Source of the DNA: an uncultured Gemmatimonadaceae bacterium
Lineage (GTDB): Bacteria > Gemmatimonadota > Gemmatimonadetes > Gemmatimonadales > Gemmatimonadaceae
Direction: 5' to 3'
DNA length: 64,000 nucleotides
Assembly (NCBI GenBank): GCA_963761305.1
Contig: CAVXGK010000002.1
Location: forward strand, 2,368,001 to 2,432,000
Part shown: positions 44,145 to 54,783 of the stretch, piece by piece
How positions within the stretch are numbered: the stretch's first letter is position 1
Layout of the letters: every line of letters starts with the position of its first letter
Program-made: the position numbers and the translations under genes
The notes under the pieces: generated by a model
The model's database searches: none
What the model saw: only the letters and a program-made list of their open reading frames with translations
What the model was told of the DNA's origin: nothing

Positions 44145-47100
44145 TCAGCGCCTGACGACGATCTCATTCGCGCCGGCGGGCACCGGCGTACGCGTCTCGC
44201 CACCGCCCGGCCAGCGCACCCACACGGCGGTCGGCGTACCGGATAGGCCTAACACCTGCGTCGCGCCGTTCTGCGACCAGTAGCCCGATCCGGCCTGAAT
44301 CTCGCGCACGGGCCCCATCTTGTCGCCGTAGACGATGCGCACCTGCGCGCCGACCGCATCCGGATTCGACGCCGGACCTATCACGCGCACTCGCAGTCCC
44401 GGCTTCGCGCCGCGGTTGTGAAAGAGGCGCGTCGTCGAACCGTTCTGCGAGACGACGAGATCGAGCCGGCCGTCGTGATCGTAGTCGGCGTACGCCGCGC
44501 CGCGCTGGTCGCCGTACACCTCGATCCCCGATCGCGCGCCGGACATCGGCGTGAGGCCGCCCTTGCCGTCGCCGATCAGCAGCAGGCCTCGGCCGTTGTC
44601 GTAGCGCGGCAGACCGACGGCCGTGGGGAAGAAATTCTGCGTGAGGAACACGTCCTCGTTGCCGTCGCCGTCGAAGTCGGCGATGCCGGCGTACGAGGCC
44701 GGCGCGAGCTGCGCCTCCATCGGCAACGCGTGCGCCTCGAAGTGGTCGCCGCGATTCAGGAACACCATGTTGTCCAGCGTGACCGCCGACCGGCGCTGCA
44801 CTTCCTCGAGGTGCGGGCCGAGCACCTGGTCGAGCGTTGCGTCGGCGTACGCGCTGAACGTGGTGATGCGCGTCGCGAGATCGGGCATGACGCTTCTCAC
44901 ACGCGCGTAGCTGTTGAGCGGCGCCAGTCCCTTGAGCCGCGGGTCCTGCTTCGCCAGCAGCATCTCCTCGGCGGCGCCGGGGGCGAACTTGCCGTAGACC
45001 ATCACCAGCGGATCGGCGCTGTCGGCTTTCGCCGGCACGTTGCGGCCCCAACTCGTGGCGACGAGGTCGAGCCGTCCGTCGCCGTCGAGATCGCCGGCCG
45101 CGATGCCGATCCAGCGGCTCGTCCAGCGACCAAATCCCCACGAGTCGGGGGCCGGGACGAACTTGCCGTTCTTGTTGAGCAGCACGAGGATCGATCCCCA
45201 CTCGCGCGCCAGCACGAGATCGGGGTGGCCGTCGCCGTCCATGTCGGCGAACATCGCCGCCGACACCATGCCGACGTCCTTGAGCGTCTGCGTATTCGCC
45301 GTGTCGAGCACATATTTACCGCGGATGTTGCGATAGAGCGCGGAAGACGCCGGCAGCGGATACTGCCCGGGAATCGCCCGGCCGCCGACGAACAAGTCGA
45401 GCGTGCCGTCGCCGTCGTAGTCCGCGACGGCGATCGGTCCGGTGGCCGAGCCGAGCGACGGCACGATCGACGTGGCACCGGCGGACACGCCCTGCGCACC
45501 AGCCGACACAGCGATCGCGGAGGGCACGTCCTTCCCTTCCCAGCTCGACACGCCGAGCAGGATGTTGCTCGTGCCGTTCCCCGCGACCCCGACCACGCCG
45601 GTGAAATCCGCCGGCGCGACGGGCCCCTGCGACGGCTTGGGAACGAGTCGCCCGTGCTCGTTATGGAACACGCCAAGCCGTCCGCCGCTCCCGGCGCCGA
45701 CTAGCAAGTCCTCATAGCCATCGCGATCGTAGTCGAACCACGCCACGCCGGGACCGAGCTGCGATAGCGAGTTGGGAAGCAGGAATTGCCGCTCCCAGTC
45801 ATCGAACCACGGATCGACGTGGCTGTGTCCGCCGAGTTCGGGCGTGGCGTCCGTAAACAAAGTGGAATCATCGGTGGACCGGTGGACCGGTGGACCGGTG
45901 GACCGGTCGACCGGTAACTGCGGAGAGGCGGTTGCTTGAGAGATTTCGTATAGGCGGTTTGGCTTGACTCCGTGCAGCGTGGTTCGCCGACCGTCGCGCC
46001 AATCCACTTCGAGCGTCGCGGTGTCGGAGGTGCCCATGGCGAACGTCGCTTCGTAGTCGCTGTGCGACATGTACAGTCCGCCGACCACGACCTCGCGCTC
46101 TTGCCTCGGGACCGCGCCGCCGAGGAGGCGGATCTTGGCGCCGACGGCCTGCGTGTTCGGCGCGTCGCCGAGGAGACGGACCGCGACACGCGGGGCCGAT
46201 GCGTTGTTGCGCAGGATCAGCGGCGGGCGCGCGGAGGCGATTGATGACGACGTCGAGATCGCCGTCGCCGTCCAGATCCGCGACGGCGATGGCGTTCGAG
46301 TAGTCGGCCGTCGGTGCCGAAGTTCCACTTCGCGCTCGCGTCCTCGAACGTCAGGTCGCCGCGGTTGCGCAAGGCGACGTTCTTGAGAGCGAGCGGCGGA
46401 AATTGCCAACGCGAGCCGCTGCCAAGGAAAGCTCAACAGGCGATTCTGGAGCGCCTCCTGAACGTCGGCGTCCATGATGTCCCAGAGGTGGCCGTTGGCG
46501 ATGAGAATGTCCGGCCGGCCGTCGAGGTCGACGTCCATGAACAGCGTGCCCCACGACCAACCGCTCGCCTGCACCCCGGCGTACATGCCGACTTCGGCGA
46601 ACGTGCCGTCGCCGCGGTTGAGAAAGAGCGTGTTGCGCTGCTGCTGGAGCTCGGTCTCGATGTCGCCCGGCTTCTTGGGCAGCGCGGTGTGCGTGGGGAT
46701 CTGCGTGCGCAGCCGATGCGTGTCGTTGCTCAAGCATGTCGACTTCGAACAAGTCGGGCAGGCCGTCGCCGTTGATGTCGGCGACGTCGGCGCCCATCGC
46801 CGAGTTGCTCGTCTGGCGCTGCGCGGTCCAGTCGGCGCGCTTGAAGTGGCCGTGGCCGTCGTTCCACCACAGCTCGTCGAGATCCTCGAAGTCGTTGCCG
46901 ACGTAGAGGTCCGGCGCGCCGTCGCCGTTCAGGTCGACGAGCTTCGCGTCGAGCGTGAACGACTCCGCCGCCTCGGTGATCGGCTTGCCCTGCGGATCGA
47001 GAAAGCGGCCGCCGGTGAATGGAACCCTGGTGAAATGACCGTGGCCGTCGTTGAGATAGAATTCGTTGGGCGCGGCGCGCTGCGTCATCCGCGTGCCGCC

Positions 47101-47853
47101 CATGTCCGGCCGCGACACGATCTTGTAATCGTTCTTGAAATCCGGCACGACCTCGAACTTGTTCGGTCCGACCTGGCGCACCATCTGGTTGAACTGGCGG
47201 CGCTGCGGCGGGATGCTGTCGTCGATGTTGTACGCCTTGTAGTTGGCGACGTACATGTCGAGGTGTCCGTCGCCGTCGACGTCGGCCATGGCGATCGTCG
47301 TGCCGCCGTTGCCGGTCGTGTCGAGGCCGAGGTCCTTGTGCTCGGTGAAGTGCCCGTGGCCGTCGTTGAGGAAAATCGAATTCGGCCCGCGCGTCGACAG
47401 CAGGATCAGGTCGAGCGTGCCGTTGCCGTCGACGTCGGCGAACGCGGCGGCGGTCGAGTTCCGACCGCACGCGCCGACACCCGCCGATTTGGTGATGTCC
47501 TCGAACTTCCAGTTGCCAAGATTCTTGTAGAGCGCGCTGCAGCCCTGCGTCTTGGCGAGGAAGATGTCAGGCAGCCCGTCGCCGTCCACGTCGCCCATGG
47601 CGACGCCGGCGCCCTGGCCGAGGATGCGATTGCCGAGCAGCAGCGAATCGCTGACGTCGTTCTCGAAATGGATGCCCGTCTTGCTCGCGGGCATCTCGGT
47701 GAAACCGGGCTCGCCGCTCGGCACGACGAGATCGCGCCAACGGTAGCCCGTCTCCTGGTGCCACGGCGGCGGCGGCGACGGTGCATTGCACGCGCCGGCC
47801 CAGGTGAACGCGGCCGCGCACAGCACGAACGCCGCGGCTCGACGCCGCGTCAT
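44145..47853 (-). CDS. CRTAC1/ASPIC-UnbV family FG-GAP repeat lipoprotein (frameshifts near 46210-46400 and 46730)
   Basis: many DxDGDG..D repeats, AVGAKI and AVGAQV ASPIC/UnbV domains, GSGYWSQ, VRWPGG; lipobox WAGAC. Confidence 0.88.
45872..45915 (+). repeat. octamer array inside the CRTAC1-like CDS
   Basis: CGGTGGAC x4, CGGTCGAC, CGGT; translated on the minus strand as PVDRSTGPPVHRST. Confidence 0.85.
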
Positions 47854-47890
47854 GGCCGCGTTTCCGACGATCAGCGAATCGATCCGGGTT

Positions 47891-48448
47891 TTAATGTCCC
47901 GACCCACCACCGGTTCCGGGGCCGCTGCCGAATTTGTCCCGGATCATGTCGTCGGCCTCGGTCTTCTGCTTTTGGACGAGATCAGTCGCCTGCTTCTGTT
48001 GGGTCGGATCGAGCGTCGCGATCGCTTCGTTGGCCGCGTCGTCGTACTGCGAACGAACTCCGGCGAGGACGAGGGCGAACTGGCGGCGCGTATCCATCAT
48101 TCGCGCCCTGTCGCCTTCATCCGCTGTGCGGCCGGCAGGCGCGGCGACGCGGCGCAGCGAGTCGAGGGCGCCGAACGAGGGCTTCATCGACTCCTTGAGT
48201 TTGTCTTCGCGGTCCTTGAGCTTCGCCAACTGGTCGTCGGTGAGCTTGAGGTCCTTGCGTTTGTCGATGAGGAGCTTGAGAGGACTGACGTTTTCGAGGT
48301 CCTTGTTCGACAGCTTGATCGTGCTGCCCGAGTTGTTGAAGGGACTACTTGTGTCGCTGCGCATACCCCTGCTGCCGCCACCGCGCTGCGCCAGCGCGAG
48401 AGCGGGGAGCGAGATCATGAGAGCGATAGAGAGGGATCGTTTGTACAT
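47891..48448 (-). CDS. hypothetical periplasmic helical protein (Spy/CpxP-like)
   Basis: signal peptide ALALAQ, LKLTDDQLAKL and LDPTQQKQA motifs. Confidence 0.65.
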   Translation of the reverse strand: MYKRSLSIALMISLPALALAQRGGGSRGMRSDTSSPFNNSGSTIKLSNKDLENVSPLKLLIDKRKDLKLTDDQLAKLKDREDKLKESMKPSFGALDSLRRVAAPAGRTADEGDRARMMDTRRQFALVLAGVRSQYDDAANEAIATLDPTQQKQATDLVQKQKTEADDMIRDKFGSGPGTGGGSGH

Positions 48449-48563
48449 AGGGGAAAGTCCTCTGGAAGGGACTGGGCAGCCGACGGGTGGGGATCGACCG
48501 GAATTGGCGAGATGCAGACGGTGGGAAACGCTGTGCGATGGAGCGGCGTTCGTCAATCCTGCA

Positions 48564-48591
48564 GTTGACGGGTGGACGGGTGGACGGGTGA
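48564..48591 (+). repeat. octamer array
   Basis: GTTGACG GGTGGACG GGTGGACG GGTGA. Confidence 0.8.
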
Positions 48592-48653
48592 GGGCAACGG
48601 CTCATTAAGTGCCGGCCACTCTGAGGTCCGGCGCGGTAGTTGGTTCGGCTTCG

Positions 48654-48807
48654 CGCTCGAAATCTGAGGTCAGACGTCTGACGTCAGATGTCAGACCATG
48701 CGTGACAAGGGAGAATCGAGGGAACGGGGTGGCCCGCTGTCGAGTGCGGGCCTGGCGAGTGCCTGTCTGACGTCAGATATCTGAAGTCAGACGTCAGACT
48801 TCGAGCG
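48654..48807. repeat. heptamer TC(T/A)GACG hairpin element
   Basis: two arrays of five heptamers around a ~65 bp spacer; ends CGCTCGAAATCTGA / TCAGACTTCGAGCG are inverted. Confidence 0.8.
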
Positions 48808-48862
48808 AACCACGTGCCCAGCCAGGCCACAGCGCCACGCGACTGGCCGCGATCCCCCGCCG

Positions 48863-49549
48863 TTAGGGGTTCGAGGCTTCGGGCGAAAACCGGAAGTCGT
48901 ACTCCAACTTGATCGAATCCGCCACGCTCAGGAGAACCGGCACTTTCGGTTGATCGAGCCCGAAGTCCTTGAACGTGAAGATCGTCGCCGCTGAGCCGAC
49001 GACGTCGGCGCCGTCGGCGTGGGCGGTGACTTGCCACGTCGTCGGGTGTGTCGTGCCGTGAACCGTGAGGTCGCCGATGACCGAGAAGGTCTTGGTCGTT
49101 CCGGCCGGAATGGGCTCGCTGAGTCCCTGAAAGGCCGACGGGACGAACTCCACCTGAGGATACTTCACCGTCTCCAGCGTGTTGTGCTGCACGTACCCAT
49201 CTCGGCGGGTCTTGTCGCTCTTGAGGCTCGTCACCTGGATGATGATGCGCGAGCTGTCGCGCAGGACCTTGCCGTCCTTGGCGACGACGAGTCTGCCGGT
49301 GATGTCCTTGGTGACGCCGACGGCGTCGTTGGGGAGATCGAACCCGACGAGCTGTTCGCGGACGCGGTAGCGCGCCTCGTTGCCGGTGGGCGCGACTATG
49401 AAGTGCAGTTCGTTGGTGGCACCCGTCTGTTTCGACGGCGTCGGGACGGGGCGTCGGGCCTGTCCGGCGGCCGGCGCCGAGAGCGCCGTGACGCACACGA
49501 GGCACAACGCAACCGCATATATAGCTGCTTTAGCTGCACGACCGCTCAT
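48863..49549 (-). CDS. YceI-like secreted lipid/polyisoprenoid-binding protein
   Basis: ARYRVREQL, SLKSD..RRD, LET.KYP, GDLTVHGTT, DFGLDQP. Confidence 0.85.
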   Translation of the reverse strand: MSGRAAKAAIYAVALCLVCVTALSAPAAGQARRPVPTPSKQTGATNELHFIVAPTGNEARYRVREQLVGFDLPNDAVGVTKDITGRLVVAKDGKVLRDSSRIIIQVTSLKSDKTRRDGYVQHNTLETVKYPQVEFVPSAFQGLSEPIPAGTTKTFSVIGDLTVHGTTHPTTWQVTAHADGADVVGSAATIFTFKDFGLDQPKVPVLLSVADSIKLEYDFRFSPEASNP

Positions 49550-49627
49550 CGACTGTCTCTTCGGATGGGGGGGAACGGGGTCTTTCTTCATACGCGACGC
49601 GCCGCGCCCCCGCTGACCGGTCCCCCC

Positions 49628-50815
49628 CTAGGCCGATTTCGCTGACTTCTTGCCGGGCTTCTCAGCGGGCACGACGTGGGCGAACAGGTCCTTCCGCACC
49701 TCGGGGTTGCTGATCTTCCAGATCACGCCGTCGGTGAAGTAGTGGTGGATGTTGATGAACATCAGGAGCAGGATCGGGGCGGCGTTGGCCGGCTGCTCGC
49801 CGAAGACGTTGCCGATGACGCTCATCGCGCCGCCGGGCACCAACTGCGTGACCACGACGCTCACCACGAGCAGGGCGAGCCCGTAGAGCACCATGTGGCG
49901 GGCCAGCCGAGTCGCGCCGCGGGCGCGGTCGGCGAGGGTGCGGTTGATCTCGACTCGCACCGGAAACGCCATGTACTGGAGCGCGTGGGCGATCTGAATC
50001 CAGAAGATCGCCTTGGGATCGCGCGCCATCATCGCGTACCAGACGAACAGCGCGAACCAGGCGACAAGCGTTTTCGTAGGCGGCATCATGCCAGTGCGGC
50101 GCCACATACGGAACAGGCCTACCGCCCCGAGCAGGAACGCGAGGCCAATCCCCGCGCTCACGATCAGGTAGACCGGGCGCACCGCCGGACGGAATGGTTC
50201 GGCCAACTGCGTGTAGACAAACCAGCAAACCTGCCACACGAGAAGGATCCGAAGCCCGGTTCGAATCAGCAGCCGCTCGGACTTCTCGAACTTGGTGCCG
50301 GCGAGGAAGGCGTACGACGCCATCATCCCCCACACCTGCCCCGTGTAGTGCCAGGCGAGGTACCCGCTGGCCACGGCGATGAGCAGGGTTACGAGGAGGG
50401 AGCGGCACTCGGGTCCGGCGAGGTGCGACTGAAGCGCCGCCGTGCAGCCTTGGGGCAGGAAGTACTGAACCTCGATCACCGCCAGCACGATGTAGGCGAT
50501 CAAGATCAACGGCACGTAGATCGACGCCCACTTGTGCTTGAGGATCGTCGCGCGGTCGCGATAGACGAGCCGGTACGAGGCCATGAAGTGCGGCATGTTG
50601 ATCGCCGTCCCGATCCATGCTTGCGCACCCGCGCCGACGAGCACCAGATCCGTTCGTCCGCTCAGCAGCAGTGGAACGAAGACGATCAACGACAATCCAC
50701 CGACCAGCAGCAGGTCGACCAGCGGCGACAAGATCGAGCGCGCGCCGGCAGTCGTCGTTGCGACTGCCGATGCCGACTGAGTTTGGGGCGGGGGCGCTGC
50801 GACTGGAGAGCTCAC
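49628..50815 (-). CDS. hypothetical polytopic membrane protein with four His motifs
   Basis: about 9 hydrophobic segments; PHFMASY, WHYTGQ, HALQY, IHHYFTDGVIW. Confidence 0.75.
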   Translation of the reverse strand: MSSPVAAPPPQTQSASAVATTTAGARSILSPLVDLLLVGGLSLIVFVPLLLSGRTDLVLVGAGAQAWIGTAINMPHFMASYRLVYRDRATILKHKWASIYVPLILIAYIVLAVIEVQYFLPQGCTAALQSHLAGPECRSLLVTLLIAVASGYLAWHYTGQVWGMMASYAFLAGTKFEKSERLLIRTGLRILLVWQVCWFVYTQLAEPFRPAVRPVYLIVSAGIGLAFLLGAVGLFRMWRRTGMMPPTKTLVAWFALFVWYAMMARDPKAIFWIQIAHALQYMAFPVRVEINRTLADRARGATRLARHMVLYGLALLVVSVVVTQLVPGGAMSVIGNVFGEQPANAAPILLLMFINIHHYFTDGVIWKISNPEVRKDLFAHVVPAEKPGKKSAKSA

Positions 50816-50822
50816 TGAACTG

Positions 50823-51053
50823 CGGGTGGACGGGTGGACGGGTGGACGGGTGGACGGGTGGACGGGTGGACGGGTGGACAGGTGGACGGGTGGACGGGTG
50901 AACAGCGAGACGTCTGACGTCTGACGTCAGACATCTGACGTCAGATTTCTCGAGTTGTGCCGTTGGCCTTGCCGGTCTACCGGTCTACCGGTCTACCGGT
51001 CCACCGGTCCACCGGTCCACCGGTCCACGTCCACCCGTCCACCCGTCCACCCG
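50823..51053. repeat. composite element: 10 forward octamers, heptamer hairpin, ~10 reverse octamers
   Basis: CGGGTGGA-type x10 (50823-50902), GACGTC(T/A)-type x6 (50909-50950), CCGGTCTA x3 / CCGGTCCA x4 / CCCGTCCA (50972-51053). Confidence 0.95.
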
Positions 51054-51468
51054 CCTCAAACGTAGTGTCCGCGTTGAGCCGGCGGAGCCGGATGATCAGC
51101 GTGACCAGGGTCGCCATCTGGCCGAACTGGTTTTGAGACTCCGTGGGACCGAGATACCGCACCTCGTCGACATTCCCCGCGGTCAGGTTGCGCAACGTCT
51201 CGACGCCACCGATTCGCCGCTGATCGATGTAGACGGTGATGCCTTGGGGCGCGCTGCCGCGCTGAATCCCCAGCGGCGCCTCGAGGAAATGCGGCCGAAG
51301 GGCCTGAAGCACCTCGAACAGGTCCAAGCCATCCTTGGCATTGCTCACGATCTCGGCGTGCGTGAGCAGATCGCGGTCGCGCGGTGTGAGTGCACCTGGC
51401 GGCGGCTGGCCGCAGCCCGACGCGGCCAGCATCAAAGCCGCTGCCGCGCCCGTCATCCAACGAGCCAT
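50977..51468 (-). CDS. small lipoprotein, free-standing TonB-plug-like domain
   Basis: lipobox ASGC, LLTHAEI, EVLQALRP.FL, VYID, VDEVRYL; C-terminus reads through the octamer array. Confidence 0.7.
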   Translation of the reverse strand: MARWMTGAAAALMLAASGCGQPPPGALTPRDRDLLTHAEIVSNAKDGLDLFEVLQALRPHFLEAPLGIQRGSAPQGITVYIDQRRIGGVETLRNLTAGNVDEVRYLGPTESQNQFGQMATLVTLIIRLRRLNADTTFEAGGRVDGWTWTGGPVDRWTGRPVDR

Positions 51469-51579
51469 GGTCTCCCCCCTTCCCGTTCGTGGTGGCGAAT
51501 CGGGCCGTCAAAGTGAGAAGGCCGCCGGGCAAGCGCCCGACGGCCAATCTCGCATCCTACCGAGCCGTGACGCGAGTCG

Positions 51580-52493
51580 TCAGGTGCCCGGCGGATTGGG
51601 CGGACGGCGATCCCACATCGTCACGACGTTCGGAATCGAGAACGCGGCCGTCTGCGGGCGTTCTGGCACCAGCCACCGAACGCGGGAACACGATTACCGA
51701 GACAGCGGATCCGGCCACCAACGTTCCGGGCACGGCGACGATGTCGATCTTGCCGCCGGCGCCGGCGCTGGAGAATGCCGGCGCACCTGGCAGCGCCTGA
51801 CGGTCGGCGAACATCGCCGTCGTCCCGCCGGCCGCGCGAACGTTGTAGTCGATCATACCCGGCGCTTGAGTCACCCACGTCGTGGCGCTAAACGGCGCCA
51901 CGCTCGCCCAAGTCGGCGCTCGCGGGAACTGCGCTGCCGCGAGCGTAGGCGCTCCCGTCGATCGGGGCGCTGGTCGCGTTGATCAGGCGAAGACCGACCT
52001 GCGTGCCCGGATCCTGCGGCGCTTCATCGATGACGCTCAGGTGCATCGCGTCCGCGGCGCCCTTTGCCGAGCGGCCGTTGCCCCAGAGGATGAACGTATA
52101 GTTGTGGGTCGCGACGAGGGTGACCGTCGAGTCGACGACGACCGTCGAGGCGATCGACTGGAGCGTGTCGCTCAGGAAGATGCGGAAGTGCCGTGATCCC
52201 GCCGCCGCATCCTTGAACTGGATCGCCGTGCCGACCACCAGCGTATCCGTCGTTCCGGTCGTGACGGACTGACTCGGGGAGTTACGGAAGGTGATGCGGA
52301 ACTGGGCGTTCGACTCGACGATGTCGACGAAGCGAAAGTCGAAGCCAAAGGCTCCCGAGCTGTCCGGCACGGCGTTGATGAATCGAACGCCCGCTGCCGG
52401 CGGGGTGTTCGTGGGGACGGTCGAGTCGGGATAGCACGCACTCACGACGCCTGCGGCGAGGCCAAGCACCGAGAGTTGGTAGATGCGACGCAT
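51580..52493 (-). CDS. DUF4397-like lipoprotein (frameshifted)
   Basis: lipobox VSAC, VRFINAVPD, HNYTFI, LRLINA; ends WDRRPPNPPGT. Confidence 0.7.
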
Positions 52494-52529
52494 GACGTAC
52501 TCCGTGAAGGTTGGCGACGTTGCCCGCGT

Positions 52530-53009
52530 TCAGGGCCTGCGACGAGTGGATTGAGCGGTGTCTCCAGGCTGCTTCCCACCTTGATCGGTCGACCCACCGC
52601 CGACGAGAGAGCGGCCAGCAAGCGCTGCCACGATCCCCACGCCGACGGCACCGAGAGCAACCGACTTTATTGCCGAGAACTTTTTCTCGTAGACCGACGA
52701 TACGTACTCTGACTTGATGCGGACCGGCTCTTTCGCCCACACCTGCTCACCGCCCCGCAGCATGTGCACTGACGACACCGCGACCAGATAGTCCGCGGCT
52801 CCTTTCTCCACCAACCGACCCTCGATCTGCGCGATCTCGGGGCCCATCGAGCCGCCGAGCGCAACGCGCCCGGCGTCGTTGATGTCGAAGGCGATTTCGG
52901 TTCCTACCGCCGGCGTCGGTCCCTGGACGGGCTCGTACTCGTAGCAGCCCACCGTCAGGACCGCCGCCAGCACACCAGCAAATCTGCGAAACGTTTGACT
53001 GCGAAACAC
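52530..53009 (-). CDS. hypothetical lipoprotein with C-terminal hydrophobic helix
   Basis: lipobox TVGCY; co-oriented within SusCD locus 2. Confidence 0.75.
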   Translation of the reverse strand: MFRSQTFRRFAGVLAAVLTVGCYEYEPVQGPTPAVGTEIAFDINDAGRVALGGSMGPEIAQIEGRLVEKGAADYLVAVSSVHMLRGGEQVWAKEPVRIKSEYVSSVYEKKFSAIKSVALGAVGVGIVAALAGRSLVGGGSTDQGGKQPGDTAQSTRRRP

Positions 53010-53020
53010 TCGAGGAATCT

Positions 53021-54771
53021 CTACCAGCCGTAGGTTGTCGGACCGACTGCGATCGAATTCGGCGCATTGCCGGCACCGGGACCCGTTCCGTAAATCGCGC
53101 CGAGCGACTTGCCGCGTGCCTGGAGATCCTGGTACGGCGTCGCCCAGTACAGCGGCGAGTTGGCCGGCATATCACCCCAGCCGCGCTCGTCCAAGAACCA
53201 TGGCGAGAAGGACGTGTACGCGGTCTCGATGTACTTCTCGTACTTGATCGCGTCGAGCAGTTTGCCGCACGCGACGGTCTTGAAGTTCCCCGCCGGCACC
53301 TTCGGAATGCAGTTCGCGGCCGAGCCGGGAACCGGCGACGTCGCGTCGAACGCGGTGATCGGGGGCAATCCGTTCTTCACGCGCGTGATGTTCACGAGCG
53401 CCGCCGCCGCGGCGTAGTTGCCCTGGCGATACAGACCTTCCGCCTGGAGCATGTCGATCTCGGGCTTCACGAAGATCGGCGTCGTGCCGTTGCGTGCCGC
53501 TGCCGGCGTCGCCGTTGTGCGCCCAGCCGTGGAACCGCGCGAAGTCGTACTGCGAGAAGCCCCAGCCCGGGACCGGCGAACTGGTCGTTGCCGGTCGGGC
53601 GGTTCACGAAGTAGCGCTTGCAGCTGTAATCGCGAACGAGTCCGCCGCCGTAGTTCACACCCGCGGCCTGCGGTATCTCGCACTGCTTGACCGTGAAGTC
53701 CGTCTGCTGCGCCGTTCGGTTGTCGCCCTGCGGGAACCGCAGGTCCGGCGTCGCCATGAAGAAGTTCGTTGTTGCCAGCGCCGCGGGCGCCCAAGGTCGT
53801 GTGCGATCCACGCCGCGTAGCTGCCCGACGTGTCGGCCCATGCCGATGATGAAGGGCGGCATCTGGTGCCATGTGCTGAACGCGTCGTACTGCGAGCGCC
53901 AGCCGGACATGCTCGGACCGGACGTCGTGTTCGACGTGACGTTCTCGTCCGACGTGATGCCGTTCTGCGCGTCGGCAACGACCGACGCCCAGTCGACGGC
54001 CGCACGCTCGGTTGGAGTCCGCGCGAGGTTCGCGCGAATTCTCGCCCGATAACTGCGAACGAGCTTGACGAATTCGGCCTGCGTGTAGCTCGTCGGCGAA
54101 GGGATCCAGGTCGCCGGGATCGGGAACCCGTCGGCTGCGCGGGCGGCGACGCTGTTGGCAAGGTCGATCGCCGCCTGGAGATGCGCCAGCGCCGAGTCAC
54201 CCGCAGCCTTGTAGCTGATCAGCGTTCCGGCGATCCTGCGTGCTCTGGTCGGTCGAGACCACGCCGAGCGAATCGTACAAGAGCGCGACGTAGCCGATCG
54301 AGATGCCGTTCAGGAACTCGGCGAACGCCTTGTCGCGGTTGTCACGAGTTGGCCGAACCGAGCGTCAGCCCGCCCGCCTCGGCGGTGAGGAAGCTCGACG
54401 CCACGCGATTGACTTCGCCCATGATCGCGTACAGGCGCTGCTGCTCGCCCAGACACGTGTTGCCCGGCGAATTGAAGTTCGTGGAGGTGGAGAATGGATA
54501 GTGTGAGTTCTGACAGTTGTTCGCCAGGCTCGACATGTTCATGAGGGACGAACGTGTTGGCCATGCCCTCGATGTCGGTGGTGCTGCCGTACATGCCGAC
54601 GACCCACCGCTTGAAGTACGTGCCCAGCAGGTTCTCGGCGTCCGTCGGCGAGCCGAGAACGCGCTTGGTGTCGCCAGCGTTCGGGTTCTGCACCGCCAGC
54701 GAGTTGTCACTACACGCGCCGACGGCGAGGGCCGAGGCCAGGACTCCGAACCGGATCAGGTTGCGAATCAT
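53021..54771 (-). CDS. SusD/RagB-like lipoprotein (frameshifted)
   Basis: lipobox VGAC, EIDMLQAEGLYR, VNITRVKNGLP, AIKYEKYIET, RGWGD. Confidence 0.82.
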
Positions 54772-54783
54772 GTGTGCTGGCTC

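Noticed and set aside
50823..51053. CRISPR array
   Set aside because: 7-8-nt tandem units without unique spacers; no cas genes in the window
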